Assembly (NCBI GenBank): GCA_009845995.1
Contig: VXYK01000055.1
Span: forward strand, 188,721 to 252,720
DNA: 64,000 nucleotides
Reading direction: 5' to 3'
Source of the DNA: Acidimicrobiaceae bacterium
GTDB taxonomy: Bacteria > Actinomycetota > Acidimicrobiia > Acidimicrobiales > Aldehydirespiratoraceae
The stretch's first letter is position 1, and each line of letters opens with the position of its first letter. Positions 56,829 through 64,000 of the stretch are shown in pieces. The position numbers were made by a program, and so were the translations under genes. The notes beneath the pieces were generated by a model, which saw only the letters and a list, made by a program, of their open reading frames with translations, had not been told where the DNA came from and did no database searches.

Positions 56829-57584
56829 CTAGTCGGTCCAGTCGATTTGGTCTTGGCGTGTCGGTTGGCGGCCTGTGCGGAACGGGCACAACGGTGCAGC
56901 GACGAGCAGGATCCGTTGCCAGTCCGTCGTGACGTTACGAGCGTCAGATCGCCAGGCGAGCAGATCGCCATCGGTTCTTCGAGCTGTCTCAGCATCGGCC
57001 CAAGACTGCCAGTCAGGCAATGCCCAGAGCAGGATCGCCTCGTCATCGTCTCGCATGGCCGTGCTCCAAGCGCCCACAACCTTCCACCCGTATTGCTCGT
57101 ATGAGGCCCTAGCCGAGGTGTTGGCGAGGTCCAGCAGCTCCAGGGCGGTGTCGGGTCGGCAGCTCAAGATCTCATGGGCGAACACAGTCGCCCGAGTGCC
57201 GCTCGACAGGGACTCTTCGATGGTCGGCATCCAGGGGGCGGGGAGAAGGATCCGGTCAAAACCGCCGCGGCGGAACTCGGCCGCGGCGTTCCACCAACGT
57301 TCGAGTTGGGGATCCTGAAGTCCTGTACCGACCGCTTCTCGTTCGAAGGAGCTGGCCAGTCCATTCAGGCCAGCTTCCTCCCAGATATTGCAGACCTGCG
57401 GCCAATTCCCTGTGCTCCCCAACACGGCCCACATGCCGAACAGCAACTGGCCGCGCTCTTCTTGGGCGGTGGGACTCCAGTTGGCAGCCATGTGTTGCAT
57501 GTAGTTGGCCCGGTTGGCTCCCCGGATATCGATCAATTCGTGGATGTATGCGCGGTCGTTCACGGCACCTCCAGCGCGTTCCAA
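56829..57584 (-). CDS. NIPSNAP-like two-domain protein
   Basis: YIHELIDIRG...LLFGMWAVLGSTGNWPQVCNIWEE, with a second repeat VFAHEIL...VVGAWSTAMRDDDEAILLWAL. Alternative GTG 57563 gives a GTGA overlap with the upstream gene. Family call is tentative. Confidence 0.5.
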   Translation of the reverse strand: MERAGGAVNDRAYIHELIDIRGANRANYMQHMAANWSPTAQEERGQLLFGMWAVLGSTGNWPQVCNIWEEAGLNGLASSFEREAVGTGLQDPQLERWWNAAAEFRRGGFDRILLPAPWMPTIEESLSSGTRATVFAHEILSCRPDTALELLDLANTSARASYEQYGWKVVGAWSTAMRDDDEAILLWALPDWQSWADAETARRTDGDLLAWRSDARNVTTDWQRILLVAAPLCPFRTGRQPTRQDQIDWTD

Positions 57585-58234
57585 TGCATCTGTTTCGACA
57601 AACGCAAGAGATCTGGGTCGCGTTCGGCGATCGACGTGGCCAACTCGGCAGCGCGTTGACGCAATGCTGCTTGAGGCACTACTTCTGAGACAATGCCCAA
57701 CTGGCGTGCCCTCTCAGCGTTCAGCCGTTCGTGAGCGCCGAGCAAGGCCATCCTGCTCACGGTCTCCATGGGTGCCTTCTTGAGCAACCCGATGGTCTCG
57801 AACGCGGACACCTGGCCGATCGACACGTGAGGATCCAAGAACGTGGCGTTGTCTGCAGCGATGACCAGGTCGGCATCGGCCACAAAATGCAGGCCTCCTC
57901 CAGCGCAAACCCCATTCACGGCTGCGAGCACGGGTTTGCGTACACCGCAGTGCCACGAAGTGATACGCAGGGTGAAGTCACGGGTCTGGCGTGAACTGGA
58001 TCGAAGCGCTTCGGGGTCGTTGGCAAGCTGCTTCACATCCAAACCCGTTTGAAAGCAGTCACCGTTGCCGGTGTTGACGATCGCCCGGATCTTCGGATCA
58101 TCGTCCAACTCTCGCCATGCAGCCTCAAACTCGGTGAACATGCGAGCATCGATGGCGTTGCCGGATTCAGGTCGGTCGAAGATCAGCCAACCGACCGGGC
58201 CGTCGCGCAGGACCTCGAGCGCCTGGTAGTTCAC
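57560..58234 (-). CDS. enoyl-CoA hydratase/isomerase (crotonase), short paralog
   Basis: GTG 58234 (GTGA overlap with the VOC stop). VGWLIFDRPESGNAID...AAVNGVCAGGGLHF. Collinear with 59974..60771 but about 40 aa shorter at the C-terminus. Confidence 0.75.
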   Translation of the reverse strand: MNYQALEVLRDGPVGWLIFDRPESGNAIDARMFTEFEAAWRELDDDPKIRAIVNTGNGDCFQTGLDVKQLANDPEALRSSSRQTRDFTLRITSWHCGVRKPVLAAVNGVCAGGGLHFVADADLVIAADNATFLDPHVSIGQVSAFETIGLLKKAPMETVSRMALLGAHERLNAERARQLGIVSEVVPQAALRQRAAELATSIAERDPDLLRLSKQMHWNALEVP

Positions 58235-58632
58235 GGTTCCGGGGCTTCCTGCAGCAGTTCCAACACGTTGCCTTCGGGGTCGGTGAGCAGTGCGTAGCAG
58301 GCTCCGGGGCGGTGGTTGGTGACATCGGTAAGCACGGTGCCGCCGTGGGCTTTCACCTGCGCGACCTCGCTGGCCACATCGCTCACATGCAGCGCCGTAT
58401 ACGCCCAACCGACCCGCTCATGCCAAACAGCCGGCGGCGGTTCGGGTTCACGAGGATCGTTCGGTTGGAACAGCTTCAGCTGCGCCGCGTCACGGACCAG
58501 CCGGTAGACCTCGCCTTGAGAAAAACTGAGTTCCCTCTTGACAGAGAAACCCAGAGCTTCGCAATAGAACCGCACCAGACCAGCGATATCACCGGTCACG
58601 ATTCCGGCTTCGAGCCGTATCTCAGACATCAC
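58231..58632 (-). CDS. VOC (glyoxalase/bleomycin-resistance/dioxygenase) family protein
   Basis: 133 aa. DIAGLVRFYCEALGFSV...VKAHGGTVLTDV is typical of VOC-fold proteins. Confidence 0.7.
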   Translation of the reverse strand: MMSEIRLEAGIVTGDIAGLVRFYCEALGFSVKRELSFSQGEVYRLVRDAAQLKLFQPNDPREPEPPPAVWHERVGWAYTALHVSDVASEVAQVKAHGGTVLTDVTNHRPGACYALLTDPEGNVLELLQEAPEP

Positions 58633-59977
58633 AACTCCCAGCCAGTTCCCGACGCAGAACCTTGCCGGCGTCGTTTCGGGGCAACTGCTCCACCCATTCG
58701 AAACGTGCAGGAACCTTGTAAGGGATCAGATGCTCGCGACAAACAGCCTCGAGGTCTCGGTTGGCATCACCGGCGACGAATGCGACCGGCAACTCACCGA
58801 GACGGTCATCGGGCACGGCGACCACCGCGGCCTCGCGGATACCAGGGATCGAAAGCAACACCTCTTCAACCTCCGTCGGGTACACCTTGTTGCCGCCCCG
58901 GTTGATCATCTCGCTCAAACGTCCCTCGATCCACACGAAGCCCTCCGCATCGATCCGCGCGAGGTCACCAGTTCTTACATACCCGTCGTCGGTGATCCGG
59001 TCGCTGAGGTCGCTGCCGTCCGCATAGCCATCGGCTCGGCTGGGTGGGAGCACAAGCAACTCTCCGACGCTCGACCCCTCGGCCGAGTCGACGCGGATTT
59101 GCACGCCCGGATGAGGGCGTCCGACCGCCCCGATCTTGTCTGGATGTTGCTTGGCGTCAGCCGCGGTCCAACCGATCACCTCACCGATCTCAGCCTGTCC
59201 GTAACCGTTCAACACGATCACCCCGAACCTCTCGTTGAAACGGCGGGCATGGAACGGTGAGAGGGGAGCGGTGATTGAGCGGACATAACGCAGTGGAGAA
59301 AGCGATTCGAGCGCCGGGTCGTCGTTCAACATGGCCATTGCCGCTGGTGGAAGAACGGTAGAACGGATGGAGTGTCGCGAGACCAGGGTCGCGAAGTCAG
59401 CGGTCGAGAAGCGGTCCATCATCACCAGCGGGGCTCCCGCTCGCAGGCCGAACAATGCGTTGTAGAATCCGGCATTGAGGGCCAGCGACACGGGAATCAG
59501 ATTCGGCGACGGATCCTTGTCGGGATCGCGAGGCTTCGAACGCAGTGGACCAAGCACCCGGTCGATAATCTCAAGGTACGACTCGTGGGTGTGCAGGACG
59601 GGCTTGGGTTGGCCGGTGGTGCCCGACGTCCAGAGCACGAAGGCCACGCCCGGCTCGTGTCTGGTGTCGTTGTCGCCTTGTTCAACGCCGGCGGAACTGA
59701 CCACCGCGGCAAAATCGATATCAGGTCGAGGGTTGCGGGGATTGACCGGTACGAAGACTTGGTTGTTCTTCCACACCGCGAACATCCCGACCAGCATGTC
59801 GATACCCTCCGCGACGACCGCCACCGTGGTACCGGCCGGGTTGGTCAACTGCTTGGAGAGGCGGTCCACGCGTTCAAGAACTTCGTCTTTGCACAACGTG
59901 CGGTGAAGATCGTGTACGAGCGGATCAGAGCCGTGAGCCGGGTGATCTCCCAACAGCGAGAACAAATTAGACTTCAC
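58622..59977 (-). CDS. AMP-dependent acyl-CoA synthetase/ligase (short form)
   Basis: LWTSGTTGQPKPVLHTH AMP-binding motif. 451 aa. Confidence 0.85.
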   Translation of the reverse strand: MKSNLFSLLGDHPAHGSDPLVHDLHRTLCKDEVLERVDRLSKQLTNPAGTTVAVVAEGIDMLVGMFAVWKNNQVFVPVNPRNPRPDIDFAAVVSSAGVEQGDNDTRHEPGVAFVLWTSGTTGQPKPVLHTHESYLEIIDRVLGPLRSKPRDPDKDPSPNLIPVSLALNAGFYNALFGLRAGAPLVMMDRFSTADFATLVSRHSIRSTVLPPAAMAMLNDDPALESLSPLRYVRSITAPLSPFHARRFNERFGVIVLNGYGQAEIGEVIGWTAADAKQHPDKIGAVGRPHPGVQIRVDSAEGSSVGELLVLPPSRADGYADGSDLSDRITDDGYVRTGDLARIDAEGFVWIEGRLSEMINRGGNKVYPTEVEEVLLSIPGIREAAVVAVPDDRLGELPVAFVAGDANRDLEAVCREHLIPYKVPARFEWVEQLPRNDAGKVLRRELAGSCDV

Positions 59978-60771
59978 TGCAGCGGCTTCCAGTCAGGCTC
60001 GCGTTTGTCGGCGAAGGCCGACGGGCCCTCGGTCTGATCGGGATGGCCCCACATCGATACCAAGTGCTTGGCGCCTTGCTTGCAGGCATCGGTGAGCCCC
60101 TCTTCGAGCGCGCCCCAGAGGGCCTTCTTGGTGGCGGCCATCGCCGCGGGCGAGTTCCTGGCGATCGTCTCGCCCAATTCCTGGGCGCGGTCACGGAGAC
60201 TGTCGGGTGGGTCGACGACTTCTGAGATCATTCCGAGCTCGTAGGCACGCTGCGCGCTCATGCGTTCGTACTTGCCCAGAAATGCCATTCGCATCACCGC
60301 CTCGACAGGCATTTTCTTGATGAGCCCGATGGCCTCCACGGCGACCACCTGACCGACCGAAGTGTGAGGATCGAAGAACTGTGCGTCGCTGGCCGCGATC
60401 ACGATGTCGGCGTCAGCTACCCAATGGAAACCGCCACCGCAGCAGATGCCGTTGACGGCTGTGATCACCGGCTTCCAGACTCCTTGGTGCCACGACGTGA
60501 AGTGCACGTCAAAGTCTTCCATCGACTGGCGGTAGCGCTCCATTCCGATGCCGTCCGAGGCCAACTCGCTCACGTCGACGCCTGTCTGGAAATCACGGCC
60601 GTTGCCGGTGTGAACGATCACCCGAACGGCGGGATCGGCGTCCAGTTCGCTCCAGGCGTCAGCGAATTCGTCTCGCATGGCGGAATTCATCGCGTTGCGG
60701 ACATCGGGACGGTCGTTGATCAGCCAACCTACTGGCCCGTGGCGCTCGACGATGAGATGTTGGTATGTCAT
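59974..60771 (-). CDS. enoyl-CoA hydratase/isomerase (crotonase)
   Basis: VGWLINDRPDVRNAMN...AVNGICCGGGFHW. 265 aa. Confidence 0.85.
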   Translation of the reverse strand: MTYQHLIVERHGPVGWLINDRPDVRNAMNSAMRDEFADAWSELDADPAVRVIVHTGNGRDFQTGVDVSELASDGIGMERYRQSMEDFDVHFTSWHQGVWKPVITAVNGICCGGGFHWVADADIVIAASDAQFFDPHTSVGQVVAVEAIGLIKKMPVEAVMRMAFLGKYERMSAQRAYELGMISEVVDPPDSLRDRAQELGETIARNSPAAMAATKKALWGALEEGLTDACKQGAKHLVSMWGHPDQTEGPSAFADKREPDWKPLQ

Positions 60772-62018
60772 CTAGGGGTGTCCTCCCAACTCGCTCCATG
60801 GTAGGGGTCAGGCTCTCGGGGCAATCCGAGCACTTTTTCACCAATCACGTTCTTGTTCACTTCCGTGGTGCCGCCTTCGATGGTGTTGGCGCGGCTCCGC
60901 AGCATTCCAGACACTTCGTAGGGGAGCGCGTCGTGATAGCTGTGGGCCGCATCGAAAGCTTGTGCAGCGGGCCCCAACATGTCACACGCGAGCAGTTGTA
61001 TCTGTTGATTGAGGGCACCCTGATGCACCTTTCCGACCGAGGCCGCTGCTCCAGGGGTTCCACCGGCGGAGACGGTGGCTCTGACTCGTTGGTTGGTCCA
61101 AGCCCGAATGCGTTCCTCGGCATACAACCGGGCCAGACGATCGCGAGTGATCGGGTCGACGGTGCATTCCTTCGCTTTGTCGATGAGGCGCGATATGCCG
61201 CTTCCGCCGATGCGATCAACACCTCCCGAGCCTGAACCCGCCACCATCTGGCGCTCGCCGGCCAGTGTGGAAGCCGCGACTCGCCATCCATCGCCTTCAG
61301 CGCCCACCCGCTGAAAGTCGGGCACTCGGACTTCGTCCAGCCATACCTCGTTGAAATCGACTGAACCTCCCAGATGGCGAAGCTCGCGAACTTCGACACC
61401 GGGGCTACGCAGGTCCACAAGGAAGTAGGTGATCCCCTTGCGTTTGGGCACCGCCGGGTCGGTCCGAGCCAGACAGATCGCGAATTCGGATTCATGTGCC
61501 CAGGTGCTCCAGACTTTCTGGCCGGAGAGCACCCATTCGTCCCCGTCGCATTGGGCGCGCATTGCCAGAGCAGCAAGATCAGACCCGGCACCGGGCTCGC
61601 TGAACATCTGGCACCAGCGTTCGGTGTTGGCCACCATCGGCGGCAGGAAGCGAAGTCGCTGATCCTCAGTCCCGTGGGCGAACAACGCGGGCGCCATATT
61701 GTGCAAACCGAGCGGATTCAAACGCCCGAGGTTGAACGGAGCCAAACGCTGTTCGGCGAGCCGAGCTTGATGCGGTTCCAAGTTGAGGCCCCCGTAGTTG
61801 ACCGGCCAGGAGGCAACCACCAGCCCGGATGCCGCAAAAGCCGGGTACCAGGCGCGGTAGGCGGCCCGGCTGCGCACGGCGCGGATCGCCTGGCGTCCCT
61901 TGAGCGAGGCGACACGCCAAGGCTCCGGAACTGCCACTTCGATCCAGGCATCCACAGCAGCGACGATTTCGGCGTCGTTTGAGTTTGGCCCGATCGCTAG
62001 TCGGCTCGGTCTATCCAC
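60768..62018 (-). CDS. acyl-CoA dehydrogenase
   Basis: FSEPGAGSDLAALAMRAQCDGDEWVLSGQKVWST and C-terminal IEGGTTEVNKNVIGE. Confidence 0.85.
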   Translation of the reverse strand: MDRPSRLAIGPNSNDAEIVAAVDAWIEVAVPEPWRVASLKGRQAIRAVRSRAAYRAWYPAFAASGLVVASWPVNYGGLNLEPHQARLAEQRLAPFNLGRLNPLGLHNMAPALFAHGTEDQRLRFLPPMVANTERWCQMFSEPGAGSDLAALAMRAQCDGDEWVLSGQKVWSTWAHESEFAICLARTDPAVPKRKGITYFLVDLRSPGVEVRELRHLGGSVDFNEVWLDEVRVPDFQRVGAEGDGWRVAASTLAGERQMVAGSGSGGVDRIGGSGISRLIDKAKECTVDPITRDRLARLYAEERIRAWTNQRVRATVSAGGTPGAAASVGKVHQGALNQQIQLLACDMLGPAAQAFDAAHSYHDALPYEVSGMLRSRANTIEGGTTEVNKNVIGEKVLGLPREPDPYHGASWEDTPR

Positions 62019-62373
62019 TGGTCTCCCTGCTCGTCTCGTCTTGGTGCTCGGCCAGAGCCTGACGTCCCAACGATTTGGGGGCGATCAGCAGATAGCTGGT
62101 GAGAATCAGTTCGCGCAACTCAGCAAGATCTGCCGTGTCCCCAAAGGTCATGGACACCCAGCCGAAACGCCCGACGTAACGGGCGAGTTCGAAGCGGGGG
62201 TCATGGAGCAGGGCTTCGAGTTCCTCGGGGTCAGCCTTGACTGTCATGGCGGTTTCACCCGGAAAGCAGAAGATCTTCTTTCTGACCCGAAAATTGATGT
62301 CGTCCCAGGTTGTTTCCTCGGTTGCTTCGGGCAATGCCAGGGCGATTCTTCGGATCTCTGAAACCATGTCCAT
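62011..62373 (-). CDS. MmcQ/YjbR family DNA-binding protein
   Basis: ATG 62373, in frame in ORF 62011..62649. IRRIALALPEATEETTWDDINFRVRKKIFCF is the typical YjbR pattern. Confidence 0.6.
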   Translation of the reverse strand: MDMVSEIRRIALALPEATEETTWDDINFRVRKKIFCFPGETAMTVKADPEELEALLHDPRFELARYVGRFGWVSMTFGDTADLAELRELILTSYLLIAPKSLGRQALAEHQDETSRETSG

Positions 62374-62497
62374 CGTCCCAGTCTGCCTGAAGCTGTGCCT
62401 GGGCACCCAGACTGCGAACATGTGATAATTCCGATGTGCAAAATCTGCGAATTGCGTTCTCGCATCGCAACGACGACCTCGACGAACTCGTGTTGCC

Positions 62498-63328
62498 ATG
62501 ATGATCACCGTTAGACCGATTTCTGGTGCGATCGGAGCTGAGATCTCCGGTGTCGACCTGTCGAGACTGAGCGATGAACTGGTGCGAGAAATTCGTGCCG
62601 CTTGGCTCGAACACCTGGTTGTGTTCTTTCGGGAGCAACCGCTGAGCAAGGCTGACTTCCTCGCATTCGCCGAAGCGATCGGCGAACCGGCCCGTTATCC
62701 GTTCCTCCCGAGTATCGACGAGTTCCCTGAGATCATCGAAGTCAAAAAGCTCGAGTCGGAGACTGCGAACTTCGGCGGCATCTGGCACAGCGACACGGTG
62801 TACCTCGATGAACCGCCGATGGCGTCAATGCTGTTGGCTTGGGAAGTGCCACCATTCGGTGGCGATACAGAGTGGGCCAACATGTATGCCGCCTATGAGG
62901 CCCTGTCAGACAATCTGAAGGCTTTCCTCGGTTCGCTCAACGCGGTTCACAGCTCGGCGCTCGCTGATGTATCGAAGACCCGGGAAGATCGCATCGCAGA
63001 GACCGGCGACGAGACCATTGCCGATCAAGTTTTCGAATCCGTTCATCCTGTCGTGCGCACACATCCCGAGACGGGTCGCAAAGCGCTCTATGTCAACGTG
63101 GCGCACACGCTGAAGTTCGAGGGAATGACCCAAGCAGAGAGTCGGCCGTTGCTCGAGTACCTGTTCACGCATCAGACCCGAGCGGAGTTCACCTGTCGAT
63201 TCCGCTGGGAAGTGGGCTCGATTGCGCTGTGGGACAATCGTTGTGCAATGCACAACCCGATCAACGACTACCACGGCTACCGTCGCGTGATGCATCGAAT
63301 CACGCTGCGCGGCGACGTGCCCGAGTGA
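62498..63328 (+). CDS. TauD/TfdA family Fe(II)/2-oxoglutarate dioxygenase
   Basis: ITVRPISGAIGAEISGVDL N-terminus. GGIWHSDTVY (HxD). C-terminal MHRITLRGD. Confidence 0.85.
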   Translation: MMITVRPISGAIGAEISGVDLSRLSDELVREIRAAWLEHLVVFFREQPLSKADFLAFAEAIGEPARYPFLPSIDEFPEIIEVKKLESETANFGGIWHSDTVYLDEPPMASMLLAWEVPPFGGDTEWANMYAAYEALSDNLKAFLGSLNAVHSSALADVSKTREDRIAETGDETIADQVFESVHPVVRTHPETGRKALYVNVAHTLKFEGMTQAESRPLLEYLFTHQTRAEFTCRFRWEVGSIALWDNRCAMHNPINDYHGYRRVMHRITLRGDVPE

Positions 63329-63345
63329 CTGGTGAAATACCCGCT

Positions 63346-64000
63346 GTGAGTCGGGTGAGCATCCCGGCGACAGTGTTCGCGATTATCGACCGGCTCGGTG
63401 ACGCCGAAGCGGCCGTGTCCCGCAACCAAAGAGTCACCTTCAGGCAACTCGGCGAGCGGATTCAAGCAATGGCGGCGGCGTTGATAGCCAGTGGTGTTTC
63501 CCATGGCGATCGCGTCGCCGTCTGGGCACCGAACAGTGCCGACTGGGTCGTTGCCGCAGTTGGGCTGCAAAGTGTCGGTGCAACCCTGGTGCCGATCAAC
63601 ACGCGCTACAAAGCAACAGAAGCGGCACCGATCCTGGCTCGCACCAAGGCAACCACCCTCTTCACCGTCACCGGGTTCTTGGACATCGACCCAGTTCAGA
63701 TGCTGGCGGTGAGCGACGCCGACCTGGCGGATCTGATCGACATCGTCATCATCGACGGCGGAACGCCCGACGGCACCGTGTCCTTGTCCGATTTCCTCAG
63801 CCGCGGGGATGACATCGACAAAGCCGCCGTTGAAGCTCGGCGCGCCGCGGTCGGCCCGGAAGATCTGTGCGACATCATGTTCACCTCGGGAACCACCGGT
63901 GTCGCCAAGGGTGTGATGATGAACCACGGTCAGACGCTCGAGCAGTTCGACGCCTGGTGCGATTTCGCCGGTCTTCGCGAAGGTGACCGCTATCTCATCG
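63346..64000 (+). CDS. AMP-dependent acyl-CoA synthetase/ligase (5' part, runs off the right edge)
   Basis: Not in the ORF track because it has no stop. My own translation from GTG 63346 gives VSRVSIPATVFAIIDRL...IMFTSGTTGVAKGVMMNH...GDRYLI with high third-position G/C. Confidence 0.8.
   Translation, partial: MSRVSIPATVFAIIDRLGDAEAAVSRNQRVTFRQLGERIQAMAAALIASGVSHGDRVAVWAPNSADWVVAAVGLQSVGATLVPINTRYKATEAAPILARTKATTLFTVTGFLDIDPVQMLAVSDADLADLIDIVIIDGGTPDGTVSLSDFLSRGDDIDKAAVEARRAAVGPEDLCDIMFTSGTTGVAKGVMMNHGQTLEQFDAWCDFAGLREGDRYLI

Overview
High-G+C, very gene-dense chromosomal segment that looks actinobacterial. This taxon call is an inference from the furA-katG pair, F420/PPOX-type and DinB/mycothiol-type proteins, leaderless-looking promoters and pervasive 1-nt and 4-nt stop/start overlaps. 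About 2.0-13.8 kb is a complete form-I (Mo-Cu) carbon monoxide dehydrogenase locus. Its + strand carries small ORF - coxM - coxS - coxL - XdhC/CoxF-like::YHS fusion - coxG, followed by five tandem paralogous single-pass membrane mini-proteins. This converges on a - strand operon of xdhC - hyp - coxD (MoxR) - coxE (VWA) - hyp - hyp, with a divergent mocA-like cytidylyltransferase. The remaining ~50 kb is a run of cytoplasmic oxidative and CoA-ester catabolic enzymes. These include a BVMO, two P450s, an FAD monooxygenase, three amidohydrolase_2 paralogs, hotdog hydratase pairs, a CitE-like lyase, a double CaiB CoA-transferase, ACADs, crotonases, four AMP-ligases, a DUF35-thiolase-like fusion, TauD, PhyH, SDRs and a GH78 rhamnosidase. 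They sit in short, translationally coupled operons. There is one tRNA-Leu(GAG) with an adjacent low-G+C MazEF-like toxin-antitoxin islet, and a furA-katG pair behind an AT-rich palindromic promoter. I see no rRNA, CRISPR, transposase or integrase and no obvious transporter. The only DNA-binding proteins are FurA and an MmcQ/YjbR-like protein. The best candidate for something undescribed is the set of uncharacterised small genes wired into the CODH locus, above all the five-gene membrane mini-protein array behind coxG and the YHS-tagged CoxF-like protein. All family calls come from motif recognition by eye. No database search was run.
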